Virus record (IMG/VR): IMGVR_UViG_3300049143_000121 | Span: 1 to 33,328 of that record | Length of the DNA: 33,328 bases | Reading direction: 5' to 3' (one strand) | Source: a virus | Lineage: Duplodnaviria; Caudoviricetes | Shown here: positions 16,162-25,511 of the stretch, piece by piece | How positions within the stretch are numbered: the first letter of the stretch is position 1 | How the letters are laid out: each line of letters opens with the position of its first letter | Notes under the pieces: generated by a model | Told to the model about the DNA's origin: nothing | What the model saw: only the letters and a program-made list of their open reading frames with translations | Databases searched by the model: none | Translations under genes and position numbers: made by a program

Positions 16162-19100
16162 GTGACCACTCCTGTCGGCACTGTCTCTCTCCGGGTCTCC
16201 CCGGACGTCAGCCGCTTCGGGCAGGAGCTGTCCCAGCGCCTGCGGGCAAGCGGTCTCACGTCGGTGGCCGTCCCGATCGAGGTCGACCGGGCTTCGGTCG
16301 CCGGCTTCCGGGCCGATGTGGCGAATCTGACCCGTCCGGTGACCCTGCCGGTGCTGGTCCAGCTCGAACGGACGGCACAGGCGCAGTACCGCGCTCAGCT
16401 CGCCGCCCTCCTGCGGGACCAGCAGGTCAACGTCAACGTCAACCTCCAGGGTGACCGGGAGGCCCAGGTCCGCCTGGCCCGGCTCGCTCAGGACCGCAGG
16501 GCCAACATCCGGGTCGATGTCGACCGTGGGGCGGCCAGCACGATCGGCCGCATCACCTCGGCAGCCGGCTCGGCCTTCGGCGCCGTGGCGAACCTCGGTT
16601 CCCGGCTCGCCATGCTGGGATCCGCAGCTCCCATCGTCGGTGCGGTCGTCAACGCGGTGGCCGCTATCGCTCCGGCCGCTGCCGTGGCCGTTCCGGCCGT
16701 CGCTGCCCTGGGCTCCGCCTTCGGGGCCATCAGGCTTGGCACGTCAGGGCTCTCGGACGCCTTCAAGGAGGCATTCGACACGGGGGCCTCTGCGGCCTCT
16801 GGAGCGGCTTCCGCGACCAAGCAGGTCGAGCAGGCCCAGCGGTCCTTGGCAGACGCCCAGAGGGCCGTAGGAGACGCCCAGCAGCAGGCGGCCGAGCAGG
16901 TCGCCCAAGCCCAGCGGAACGTCGCCGACGCTCAGCGAGAGCTGGCAGAGGCCCAACAGGACGCCAAGCGGGCCCAGCAGGACCTGACCCGGGCGTACGA
17001 GGAGGGCCGCAGGGCTCTCCAGGACCTCAACCTCCAGCTCGAAGGCTCCAAGCTCGACGAGAAGGAGGCGATCCTCCGGGTCAAGCAGGCCCAGGAGGAG
17101 CTGGACAAGGTCCTCAGGGACCCGAAGGCCAGCGAGCTGGACCGTGAGCAGGCCCGCCTGCGTCTCCAGGAGGCCGAGCACGGCCTGAAGGAGCAGCGGG
17201 TCGAGACCGAGCGGCTCCGCAAGGACACCGCTGCCGCCAACAAGGCCGGTGTCGAAGGCACCAACCAGGTCAAGGCGGCCAAGGAGCGGCTCGCCGAGGC
17301 CAACCAGAACGTCACCGACAAGGCCCGAGGCGTCAAGGACGCAGAGGCCGCGGTGGCCAAGGCTCAGGCCGACGGGGCTCGTCAGGTCGCCGATGCCAAG
17401 CGTGCGGTGGCCGACGCCTCCCGGGCTCTGGCAGACGCTCAGGCCAAGTCGGCGGAGCAGACGGCCAAGCTCACGGAGAACTTCTCCAAGCTCAGCCCGA
17501 ACGCCCAGGGGTTCGTCAACGCGGTCAAGGGCTTGAAGCCCGCCTGGGACTCCATGCAGCTCGGGGTCCAGGACCGTCTGCTGGCGGGACTGGGCGGCCG
17601 GCTCACGGACGTGGGCTCCCGCGTCCTGCCGATCCTGCGCGGCGGCCTGGAGGGCACTGCGGGCGTTCTGAACCGGATGGCCCAGGGTGCCCTGACGGCC
17701 GTCGACAACCTGGCCCGTACGGGGATGCTCAAGCAAATCTTCGACGGGGCCACGAAGTCCCTGTCGCCGCTGAGCCGTCTCCCGGGCCAGCTCGTCACCG
17801 CCTTCGGCCAGGTGGCCGTCGCGGCCCAGCCCGCCTTCCAGCGCATCACGGAAGGCCTCGCCGGGGCTGCGGACGGCGTCTTCGCCAAGCTCACCAAGGC
17901 GTTCGAGTCGGGCGCCATGGAGCAGGCCATCGACCAGGCGGTCACTCTGCTCGGCGACCTGATGGACGTCGCAGGAAACGTCTTCTCGATCCTCGGCGAC
18001 ATCTTCATGGCCGGGTCCGAAGAGGGCGGCGGGATCATCCAGGTCCTGAAGGAGATCACCGGGGCCATCGCGGAGGTCACCTCAAGTCCCGAGGTCCAGG
18101 CCGGGCTGAGGGCGCTCTTCTCGGTGATGGGGACGATCGCCACCACGGTGGGACCGCTCCTCGGCGAGGCCCTGAAGTTCATCGGGCAAATTTTCGAGCA
18201 GCTCGGTCCTCCGATCGAAAAGATCGTGGTGGCCCTGGGCGACGCCCTGAAGCCCGTGATCGATGCCCTCGGTCCGGTCTTCGTGGTCATCGCCGAGGTC
18301 GTCGGCCAGGTCCTGGAGGCCATCGCGCCCCTGATCCCCGTGATCGGCGATCTGGTGGTCCTGGCCTTGGAGCCGCTGAAGCCGATCGTCCAGGCGGTGG
18401 GCCGGATCATCGAGGCTCTGGCGCCGGTCGTGGTCATCCTGGCCGACGCTCTGAGTCAGGTTCTGACCCCGATCCTGGAGATCGTCGGTGACATCCTGGT
18501 GGAGGTCGCCGAGACGGCAGCGGATCAGTTCCTCGCGATCCTGGAGCAGTTGCTCCCGGTCATTCCGGAGCTGATCCCGCCTCTGCTGAGCGTGGCCCAG
18601 TCCCTGGGTGAGCTGCTGCTCGCCATCGCTCCGTTGCTGCCGCAGCTCATCATGCTGGGCGCGGAGTTCGTCACGACGCTGCTCCCGGCGATCCTGCCGC
18701 TGCTGCCGCCGATCCTTCAGCTCATCGACCTCCTGGTGCGACTGGCCGTCTGGGCGATCAAGGAGATCGTCCTCCCGGCCGTCCAGGGCCTGATCGACTT
18801 TGTGAAGGACATGGGCGTCAAGCTCAAGCCCTTCATCGACGCGGTCAAGCACGTCACCGAGTGGATCGCCGAGAAGTTCCAGTGGCTCTACAACAAGCTG
18901 GTCGGCGAGGACTCGATCATCCCGGGCCTGATCAAAAAGATCCGGGAGTGGTTCAACACCGGCAAGCGGTGGATCAAGGAGATCTGGAACGCCGTCTGGG
19001 AGAACACCGTCGGCCGCGTCGTGACCGGCGCCAAGGCGGTGGGCGACAAGGTAGCCGGCTTCGCCCGTGGCGTGCGGGACCGGTTCGGCGACGCCAAGCG

Positions 19101-20889
19101 CTGGGTCACCGAGAAGTGGGACAGCCTCTGGTCCGGAGTTTCCGGCACAACCACCACGATGCGCAGCTCCGTCGAGGGCGGCGTCAAGGGCTTCAAGGAC
19201 TCGGTCGTCGGCTTCTTCGGGAAGGCGATCGAAGGCATCGAGAAGGCCTGGGAGAAGCTGAGGGGCATCGCCAAGGCGCCCGTCCGGTTCCTGATCGAGA
19301 CCGTCTTCAACGAAGGCCTCCGCAAGGTCTGGAACAACACGGCGGCCAAGCTCCCGGGCATCGGCAAGATCGACGCGATGAAGCTCCCCAAGGGCTTCGC
19401 CTCGGGCGGCATCCTCCCGGGCTACAGCCCCGGACGGGACATCCACCGGTTCGTCTCCCCCACGGGCGGCATCCTCGACCTCTCCGGCGGCGAGGCCATC
19501 ATGCGGCCCGAGGTCACCCAGGTCATGGGCCGCAGCGGGGTCAACGCCCTCAACGCGGCGGCCCGCCAGGGTGGTGTCGCCGGGGTACAGGCCCTCCTGT
19601 CCAACGGCCTGCCTCACCGCGCCTTCTGGGGCGGCGGCATCTGGGACACGATCACCGACAACCCCGTCAGCAACGCGATCAAGAAGGTCGGGGGCAAGGG
19701 ACTCGATCTCCTGGAGAAGGGGGCCGACTGGGCCCGGGGCGGCGTCGCCGACCTGGCCGAGAAGACCCTGAAGACCCTGCTCGGGGTCAAGGCCCTAACG
19801 ATCGACACCAAGAACCAGATCTGGTCCAAGCTCGTCGGCAACATCCCGGTGGCGCTTGCGGGCAAGATGGTCGACTTCATCCGGGGCAAGGAGACCGAGT
19901 TCGGGGGCGGTGGCTCCTGGATCAAGCCGGTCAACGCGGCCTATGGGACGAAGTTCGGCGTCAGGGGCAGTATGTGGTCCTCCGGGTACCACACAGGCCT
20001 GGACTTCCCGGCAGCCGTCGGTACGGCCATCAAGGCCGTAGCCGCTGGCCGGGTCTCCTCCCTCAGCCGGACGGGTCCATACGGCAACCATCTCACCGTG
20101 GACCACGGCGGTGGCCTCACGTCGCTGTACGCCCACATGTCCGAGTTCGCCGCCAAGCTCCGGGATACGGTCTCGGCCGGCTCGCTGCTCGGACGGGTGG
20201 GTGCCACCGGCAACACCACCGGCCCGCACCTCCACCTGGAGGCCCGGGTCAATGGCAAGGCAGTCGACCCGATGCCGTACCTCACTGGAGGCGGCAGCGC
20301 GCTGAATACGCCCGGTTCGGGCGTCCAGCGGTGGGCGGGTGTGGTCCGTCAGGCCCTGAACCTGGTCGGACAGCCCACGTCCCTGGTCGATACGACCTTG
20401 CGCCGGATGAACCAGGAGAGCGGCGGCAATCCGAGGGCCGTCAACAAGTGGGACAGCAACTGGCACGCGGGTCACCCGAGTGTCGGCCTCATGCAGGTCA
20501 TCGGACCCACCTTCCGGGCCTACGCGGGGCGGTACGTCAACAGGGGCCCCAAGCTGTACGGGGTCTCGATCGACCCGCTCGCCAACATCTACTCCTCCAT
20601 GCGGTATGCCCTGGCGACCTACGGGTCTCTCTCGCGGGCCTACAACCGCCCTGGCGGATATGACAACGGCGGATGGCTGCCGCCGGGGATCACCCCGGTG
20701 GTCAACGAGACCGGAGTCCCCGAGGCGATCCTCAACCCGCAGCAGTGGGACGCCATGATCACGCTCGCCGAGAAGGTGAAGCGCGACCAGGCGGGCGGCC
20801 ACCAGATCACGGTGAACAACCCCCCGCAGCCCACCGGTGAGAAGCAGGTGGCGGATGTGCTGTACCGCATGGAACTGCTGGGGAGGTGA
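16162..20889 (+). CDS. Tape measure protein with C-terminal M23 peptidase and lytic transglycosylase domains
   Basis: 1575 aa with coiled coil and amphipathic repeats. HTGLDF...YAHM...TGPHLHLE (M23). QESGGNPRAVNKWD...GLMQVI (SLT-like). Confidence 0.93.
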   Translation: MTTPVGTVSLRVSPDVSRFGQELSQRLRASGLTSVAVPIEVDRASVAGFRADVANLTRPVTLPVLVQLERTAQAQYRAQLAALLRDQQVNVNVNLQGDREAQVRLARLAQDRRANIRVDVDRGAASTIGRITSAAGSAFGAVANLGSRLAMLGSAAPIVGAVVNAVAAIAPAAAVAVPAVAALGSAFGAIRLGTSGLSDAFKEAFDTGASAASGAASATKQVEQAQRSLADAQRAVGDAQQQAAEQVAQAQRNVADAQRELAEAQQDAKRAQQDLTRAYEEGRRALQDLNLQLEGSKLDEKEAILRVKQAQEELDKVLRDPKASELDREQARLRLQEAEHGLKEQRVETERLRKDTAAANKAGVEGTNQVKAAKERLAEANQNVTDKARGVKDAEAAVAKAQADGARQVADAKRAVADASRALADAQAKSAEQTAKLTENFSKLSPNAQGFVNAVKGLKPAWDSMQLGVQDRLLAGLGGRLTDVGSRVLPILRGGLEGTAGVLNRMAQGALTAVDNLARTGMLKQIFDGATKSLSPLSRLPGQLVTAFGQVAVAAQPAFQRITEGLAGAADGVFAKLTKAFESGAMEQAIDQAVTLLGDLMDVAGNVFSILGDIFMAGSEEGGGIIQVLKEITGAIAEVTSSPEVQAGLRALFSVMGTIATTVGPLLGEALKFIGQIFEQLGPPIEKIVVALGDALKPVIDALGPVFVVIAEVVGQVLEAIAPLIPVIGDLVVLALEPLKPIVQAVGRIIEALAPVVVILADALSQVLTPILEIVGDILVEVAETAADQFLAILEQLLPVIPELIPPLLSVAQSLGELLLAIAPLLPQLIMLGAEFVTTLLPAILPLLPPILQLIDLLVRLAVWAIKEIVLPAVQGLIDFVKDMGVKLKPFIDAVKHVTEWIAEKFQWLYNKLVGEDSIIPGLIKKIREWFNTGKRWIKEIWNAVWENTVGRVVTGAKAVGDKVAGFARGVRDRFGDAKRWVTEKWDSLWSGVSGTTTTMRSSVEGGVKGFKDSVVGFFGKAIEGIEKAWEKLRGIAKAPVRFLIETVFNEGLRKVWNNTAAKLPGIGKIDAMKLPKGFASGGILPGYSPGRDIHRFVSPTGGILDLSGGEAIMRPEVTQVMGRSGVNALNAAARQGGVAGVQALLSNGLPHRAFWGGGIWDTITDNPVSNAIKKVGGKGLDLLEKGADWARGGVADLAEKTLKTLLGVKALTIDTKNQIWSKLVGNIPVALAGKMVDFIRGKETEFGGGGSWIKPVNAAYGTKFGVRGSMWSSGYHTGLDFPAAVGTAIKAVAAGRVSSLSRTGPYGNHLTVDHGGGLTSLYAHMSEFAAKLRDTVSAGSLLGRVGATGNTTGPHLHLEARVNGKAVDPMPYLTGGGSALNTPGSGVQRWAGVVRQALNLVGQPTSLVDTTLRRMNQESGGNPRAVNKWDSNWHAGHPSVGLMQVIGPTFRAYAGRYVNRGPKLYGVSIDPLANIYSSMRYALATYGSLSRAYNRPGGYDNGGWLPPGITPVVNETGVPEAILNPQQWDAMITLAEKVKRDQAGGHQITVNNPPQPTGEKQVADVLYRMELLGR

Positions 20890-20892
20890 CCG

Positions 20893-21831
20893 ATGCCCCT
20901 GCTCGTCGGCGGTTCGAACGCACTCCCCACCGGTCCCCCCGTCCGGGACGTCCGGGCCACCACGGTGACCTGGACGTCCTCCTCGGGGCGGATCACGTCG
21001 CTGTCCGACTTCGACGATCCGCGGTCCGGTGCCTTCGTCATGCCTGGCGTGGCGGGCACTGGGTTGCCGGACTACGCCTTCTACACGGACCAGTCCCCGG
21101 CCTTCGATGGTTCGGTGGTCCGTGGGGTGCGAGCCGGCCAGCGGCAGATCACCATCCCCCTGCACCTCTGGGGACCGGACAGGCCCTCGTGCCTGGCCCG
21201 CTTCCACCGGCTGGTGCAGGACCTCAACCCAGCGTTCGGTCCCGGGACGCTGGCCTTCACCGAGGCCGACGGCTCGACCCGGCGCATTTCGGCGTACTAC
21301 GCGGACGGCCTCTCCGGCCAGGAGGACGACGACAGGACCGGGCGCCACTGGATGACGGTGGTCTTGGTCTTCATGGCGCCCTCTCCGTACTTCAACGGCG
21401 AGGACAGAACCGTGACCTTCCACGTCGGCGGCGGGGCGGACACGTTCCTGCCGATTCTGCCGTGGAGGGTCAAGGACTCCCAGGTCCTCGGCTCCGTGAA
21501 GGTCCTCAACCTCGGCGAGGTCCGCACCTATCCGGTGTGGACGATTCGGGGCCCGGCCACGGCCGCGACGATCGCGAACGTCACGACGGGCGAGAGCTTC
21601 GTCCTGACGCGGACCATGACGTCCTCGGACACGGCCGTCATCGACACCCGCGAGGGCGTCAAGAGCGCCGTTCTGAACGGCTCGATCAACCTCTGGCCGA
21701 ACCTCGGCTCCACGCCTGTCCTGTGGCCGCTCAATCCTGGCGAGAACAGCCTCAGCCTGACCGTCACGGGCGCCACGGAGGACAGCTCGGTCCAGCTCTC
21801 GTACACGTCCCGCTACCTCACCGCGTACTGA
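20893..21831 (+). CDS. Distal tail (Dit-like) protein
   Basis: Directly after the tape measure; FMAPSPYF, NLGEVRTYPVWTIRGP and LNPGENSL motifs. Confidence 0.82.
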   Translation: MPLLVGGSNALPTGPPVRDVRATTVTWTSSSGRITSLSDFDDPRSGAFVMPGVAGTGLPDYAFYTDQSPAFDGSVVRGVRAGQRQITIPLHLWGPDRPSCLARFHRLVQDLNPAFGPGTLAFTEADGSTRRISAYYADGLSGQEDDDRTGRHWMTVVLVFMAPSPYFNGEDRTVTFHVGGGADTFLPILPWRVKDSQVLGSVKVLNLGEVRTYPVWTIRGPATAATIANVTTGESFVLTRTMTSSDTAVIDTREGVKSAVLNGSINLWPNLGSTPVLWPLNPGENSLSLTVTGATEDSSVQLSYTSRYLTAY

Positions 21832-21840
21832 GGGGGTGGC

Positions 21841-23085
21841 GTGTACAGCCCTCTCGATCTCCAGGTGTACGTCCGCAACTCCGGGCACCAGATCATCGGC
21901 CAGCTCGACGACTTCACCCAGGTTCAGTTGGTCATGCGGTACAACGCCGTCTCCAACTGGGTCCTGAACATCTCGGCGACCGACCGGAACGCAGCTCTCC
22001 TGGCACCGGGCTCCAACCCGAACGGCGGGCTGATCTTCAAGCTGTACGGCTCCACCCTGCTGTCCGGCCCGATCCACACCTTCGGGTACGCCTCGAACGA
22101 GGACGGCACCCGGAAGCTCATCGTGGCGGGCCCGGACGACACTCAGTACCTGGCCAACGCGCTGGTCTGGCCCGACCCGGCCCACTCGGCCGAAACCCAG
22201 GCCACGGCGTACTACGAGGTGATCAACTCCGCCTCGTCCACCGAAACCCTGATGAAGACCCTGGTCAATCTGAACCTGGGGCCCGGAGCCCTCACGGAGC
22301 GCCGCAAGAGCGGGCTCACCGTGGAGGCCTCCGGCAACCGGGGGAAGACTGGTCAGTCCTTCAAGTACCGCTTCGAGACGGTCATGGAGGCCCTCGCCGA
22401 GCTCGCCCGCGGTGCACCCGTCGGGACACCGCCGGGGTACCTCGGCTTCCGCATCAGGCAGAAGGACGCCTCGGCGGGAATCGAGTTCCAGGTCTACCCG
22501 ACGACGGACCGCCGGGACACCGCGACCTTTTCGGAGGGCCGAGGCAACCTCATCTCATCCTCGTACCAGGTCACAGCCCCCACCATGACGTACGCGATCC
22601 TCGGGGCCGGACGGTCGGCCGTGGACGGCTCGGAGAACGCGGCCGTCGTGGCCAAGCAACTGTTCCGGTACACCCGCGTCGACACCCAGCCGGTCTTCCC
22701 CGGCTACCGGGTGGAGGGCTTCGTGGACGTCGGCGAGGTCGACCCCACGGCGGCCGACGCACAGGCCCAGCTCGACGAGAAGGGCCAGGACGCCCTGTAC
22801 ACGGGCGCGACGTCCGTCAGTGTCTCGATGGATCCGCAGGACACGGGTCAGCTGACGTTCGCCAAGGACTACTTCCTGGGCGACCAGGTCACGGTCGTCG
22901 TGCCGTACGCCGGAAAGATCCAGGAGCAGGTCCGGGAGGCGGAGCTGACCTTCGATGCCGCCAATGGCCTGAAGACCGAGATCACCGTGGGCACTGAGGC
23001 CACCACTTCCCACAAGACCTCCGGCGCCACGAAGCGGCTCAACACGCTCTTCGACATGCTCCAGAAGATCAAGACCCGAAAGTGA
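21841..23085 (+). CDS. Baseplate hub/minor tail protein (Gp37-like)
   Basis: Synteny; RYNAVSNW and KDYFLGDQVTV motifs. Confidence 0.8.
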   Translation: MYSPLDLQVYVRNSGHQIIGQLDDFTQVQLVMRYNAVSNWVLNISATDRNAALLAPGSNPNGGLIFKLYGSTLLSGPIHTFGYASNEDGTRKLIVAGPDDTQYLANALVWPDPAHSAETQATAYYEVINSASSTETLMKTLVNLNLGPGALTERRKSGLTVEASGNRGKTGQSFKYRFETVMEALAELARGAPVGTPPGYLGFRIRQKDASAGIEFQVYPTTDRRDTATFSEGRGNLISSSYQVTAPTMTYAILGAGRSAVDGSENAAVVAKQLFRYTRVDTQPVFPGYRVEGFVDVGEVDPTAADAQAQLDEKGQDALYTGATSVSVSMDPQDTGQLTFAKDYFLGDQVTVVVPYAGKIQEQVREAELTFDAANGLKTEITVGTEATTSHKTSGATKRLNTLFDMLQKIKTRK

Positions 23086-23092
23086 GGTCGGC

Positions 23093-24118
23093 GTGGCCTT
23101 CACCTCCTTCCCCTTCAGTTCCTCGCCGCTGTCCACGGAGGCCCAGTACGCCCTGACGGCCAGCCGCTGGGGCAACGACGGGGTTCACACCGACGACCTG
23201 ACCAGCACCGCGTTGAAGGTAACGGCGAACGGCACGAGCAGTGTCTCCATCGCAGCCGGCTCAGGCTTCGTGAATGGCGCGACCGTCATCAACGATGGCT
23301 CGTACTCGCTCCCGGTCGTCTCGAACTCCGGCGGGACCTCGGCCCGGAAGGACCTCGTGGTCCTGCGGTACGACGCCTCGGCGGACGCGATCACCCCGGT
23401 GTACAAGACGGGCGCCGCGAGCGCCCCAGCCCTGACGAACAGCCCCGAAACGGGCGTGGTGGAGATCCCGCTCGCGGAGTGCACCGTGGCCGCCGGAGCC
23501 TCTGTGGTGGTCTCTTCCGCTGTCGTGGACCGCCGCTGGGGAGTCGGACGCCCGGTCGCCTACGGGATGCCTGGAGCTCGCCGCCCGTCCCGCAAGGGAC
23601 AGATTCTGGTGGAAGGCAATGACCTCTACCTGGGCGACGGCACCGCGTGGAACTACGTGGGGACCGCCGGCTCCCAGGCGTGGAGCACGTACACCCCGGT
23701 CTGGTCTGCCGGATCGACCACGGTCAACTGGGGCTCCGGATCTCAGAACACCGGGCGGTACAAGCTCTTTGGCAAGACGTGCCATCTGACGATCCAGGTC
23801 ATCCCCGGGGGCAACCCTCCCGGATTCCAGGACCCCCTTCAGGTCAGTCTGCCGTTCGCCTGCCAGAACTCCATGCGCCAGTTGTTCACGGTCACCTTCA
23901 CCTCCTCGAATGGCGAGGGCTCTGGGGTCGGCCTCGCCATGACCTACCCGACCGAGAGCACCACCAAGATCTCCCGCATCCGGTTTCCGGTCAGCTCGGG
24001 ATCGTCCGGCTCCCCGGGCGCTGAGGTGATCAACTCGGTGAACATGCTGACCAACGAGCCCTTCAACATCCGTGACGGGGACGTTCTCACGATCTCCGGC
24101 ACGTACGAGCTGGCCTGA
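23093..24118 (+). CDS. Minor tail/baseplate protein
   Basis: FPF...ARKDLVVLRYD...EIPLAECTV...VDRR N-terminal module; beta-rich C-terminal head ending ISGTYE. Confidence 0.78.
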   Translation: MAFTSFPFSSSPLSTEAQYALTASRWGNDGVHTDDLTSTALKVTANGTSSVSIAAGSGFVNGATVINDGSYSLPVVSNSGGTSARKDLVVLRYDASADAITPVYKTGAASAPALTNSPETGVVEIPLAECTVAAGASVVVSSAVVDRRWGVGRPVAYGMPGARRPSRKGQILVEGNDLYLGDGTAWNYVGTAGSQAWSTYTPVWSAGSTTVNWGSGSQNTGRYKLFGKTCHLTIQVIPGGNPPGFQDPLQVSLPFACQNSMRQLFTVTFTSSNGEGSGVGLAMTYPTESTTKISRIRFPVSSGSSGSPGAEVINSVNMLTNEPFNIRDGDVLTISGTYELA

Positions 24119-24135
24119 CCACCTCCGACGACGCA

Positions 24136-24165
24136 CCCCCGAGGCGCTGCCTGCGGGGGCTTTTT
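24136..24165 (+). terminator. Intrinsic terminator-like hairpin
   Basis: CCCCCGAGGC-GCT-GCCTGCGGGGG followed by CTTTTT. Confidence 0.65.
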
Positions 24166-24185
24166 CATGAGCGAAAGGAGGGGCC

Positions 24186-25493
24186 GTGAGGCATCTCTTC
24201 GGATTGTCGGCCGCCGACCTGGCCATGGAAAAGGTCGGAGACGAGGTCCGGCTCCGGGCCGGGGCCGTCGGTACAGTCTGGGACTCCCTGGTGGGCGGCA
24301 CCCAGATCACCGACCTGACCGACCTGAGCGGCAACTCGATCACCCAGATCACCGCCGACACCGACGCAGCCGTGGGCTTCTACGGTCCCGAGGGCATCAG
24401 CACGGTCTACGCGGACTTCGGGTACTCCCGGCGCTTCCTGATGATGGCCGTGGACCTCGGTGAGCAGATCGACGACCTGCGTCTGAACAAGCTCGACCTC
24501 ACCGGCGGCACGCTGCTGGGACCGATCATCACGTCCGGAACCCCGTCCGCTGCGGGCGAGGCCGTGAACAAGGCGTACACGGACACACAGGTCTCTGCCG
24601 GAGACACGGCCACCCTGACTTCCGCGAACGCCCACACGGACTCCCAGGTCGCTCTGAAGGTGTCCAAGGCAGGCGACACCATGACGGGCCCGCTGACGCT
24701 GCCGAGCAACCCTACGAGCCCTCTGCACGCCGCGACGAAGCAGTACGTGGACTCCTTCGGGGGCGGTGGAGGCGGGGCCGTCTCCTCGGTCAATGGCCAG
24801 ACCGGAGCGGTGAACCTGACGGCCGCCAACGTCGGAGCCCTCGCCACGACAGCCCGCGGATCCGCCAACGGCGTGGCCTCGCTGGACGCGAGCACCAAGG
24901 TTCCGACGGCCCAGATCCCCGACCTCACCGCCACCTACCTGGCCTTCGAGGACTCCTGGGGCAACCAGTGGGGCCCGGCCGACCAGGGGCTTTTGGCCTG
25001 GAGCTACGACCCCTCCCTGGCGGGCTTCTCCTCGGCCCCGGTGGGCGGCTCGGTCTACCTGATCCGGATCAAGCTCCGCAGGGCCGCCACGATCTCGAAA
25101 ATCGTGCTGATGACGGTGTCAGCCGGCTCGGGGCTCACGGCCAACCAGAACTACGCCGGGCTGTACACGTCCAGCGGCACTCGGGTGGGCGTGACGGCCA
25201 ACCAGGCGAGCGCCTGGACCACGGCGAACAACACGCTCTCGATGAACCTGACCTCGTCGTACAGCGCGGCGGCCGGGGACTACTACGTCGCCTTCGTCTC
25301 GAACGGCTCGACTCGGCCCGGGTTCGTGTGCGCCACGACCCTCGGTGCTACGAGGACTCCGGGCAACGCCAACCTCTCCTCTGGCGGCTACCGGTACTGC
25401 ATCGGCGCCACGGGCCAGACCTCGCTGCCCAGCAGCCTCAGCATCGCCTCAGCCACCCCGGACGCCAACGCGTACTGGGTCGGCTTGGCCTGA
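24186..25493 (+). CDS. Tail fibre/minor tail protein
   Basis: MRHLFG N-terminus; GDTMTGPL...AATKQYVD and VSSVNGQTGAVNL fibre motifs. Confidence 0.75.
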   Translation: MRHLFGLSAADLAMEKVGDEVRLRAGAVGTVWDSLVGGTQITDLTDLSGNSITQITADTDAAVGFYGPEGISTVYADFGYSRRFLMMAVDLGEQIDDLRLNKLDLTGGTLLGPIITSGTPSAAGEAVNKAYTDTQVSAGDTATLTSANAHTDSQVALKVSKAGDTMTGPLTLPSNPTSPLHAATKQYVDSFGGGGGGAVSSVNGQTGAVNLTAANVGALATTARGSANGVASLDASTKVPTAQIPDLTATYLAFEDSWGNQWGPADQGLLAWSYDPSLAGFSSAPVGGSVYLIRIKLRRAATISKIVLMTVSAGSGLTANQNYAGLYTSSGTRVGVTANQASAWTTANNTLSMNLTSSYSAAAGDYYVAFVSNGSTRPGFVCATTLGATRTPGNANLSSGGYRYCIGATGQTSLPSSLSIASATPDANAYWVGLA

Positions 25494-25511
25494 CCCGAAG
25501 GGAGCACCACA

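Noticed and set aside
12810-22185. Long minus-strand and alternative-frame ORFs (e.g. 12810..14489, 18082..19617, 19795..22185, 20886..22997)
   Set aside because: Shadow ORFs of high-GC3 structural genes. They are Arg/Pro/Gly-rich or antisense translations with no motifs or RBS.
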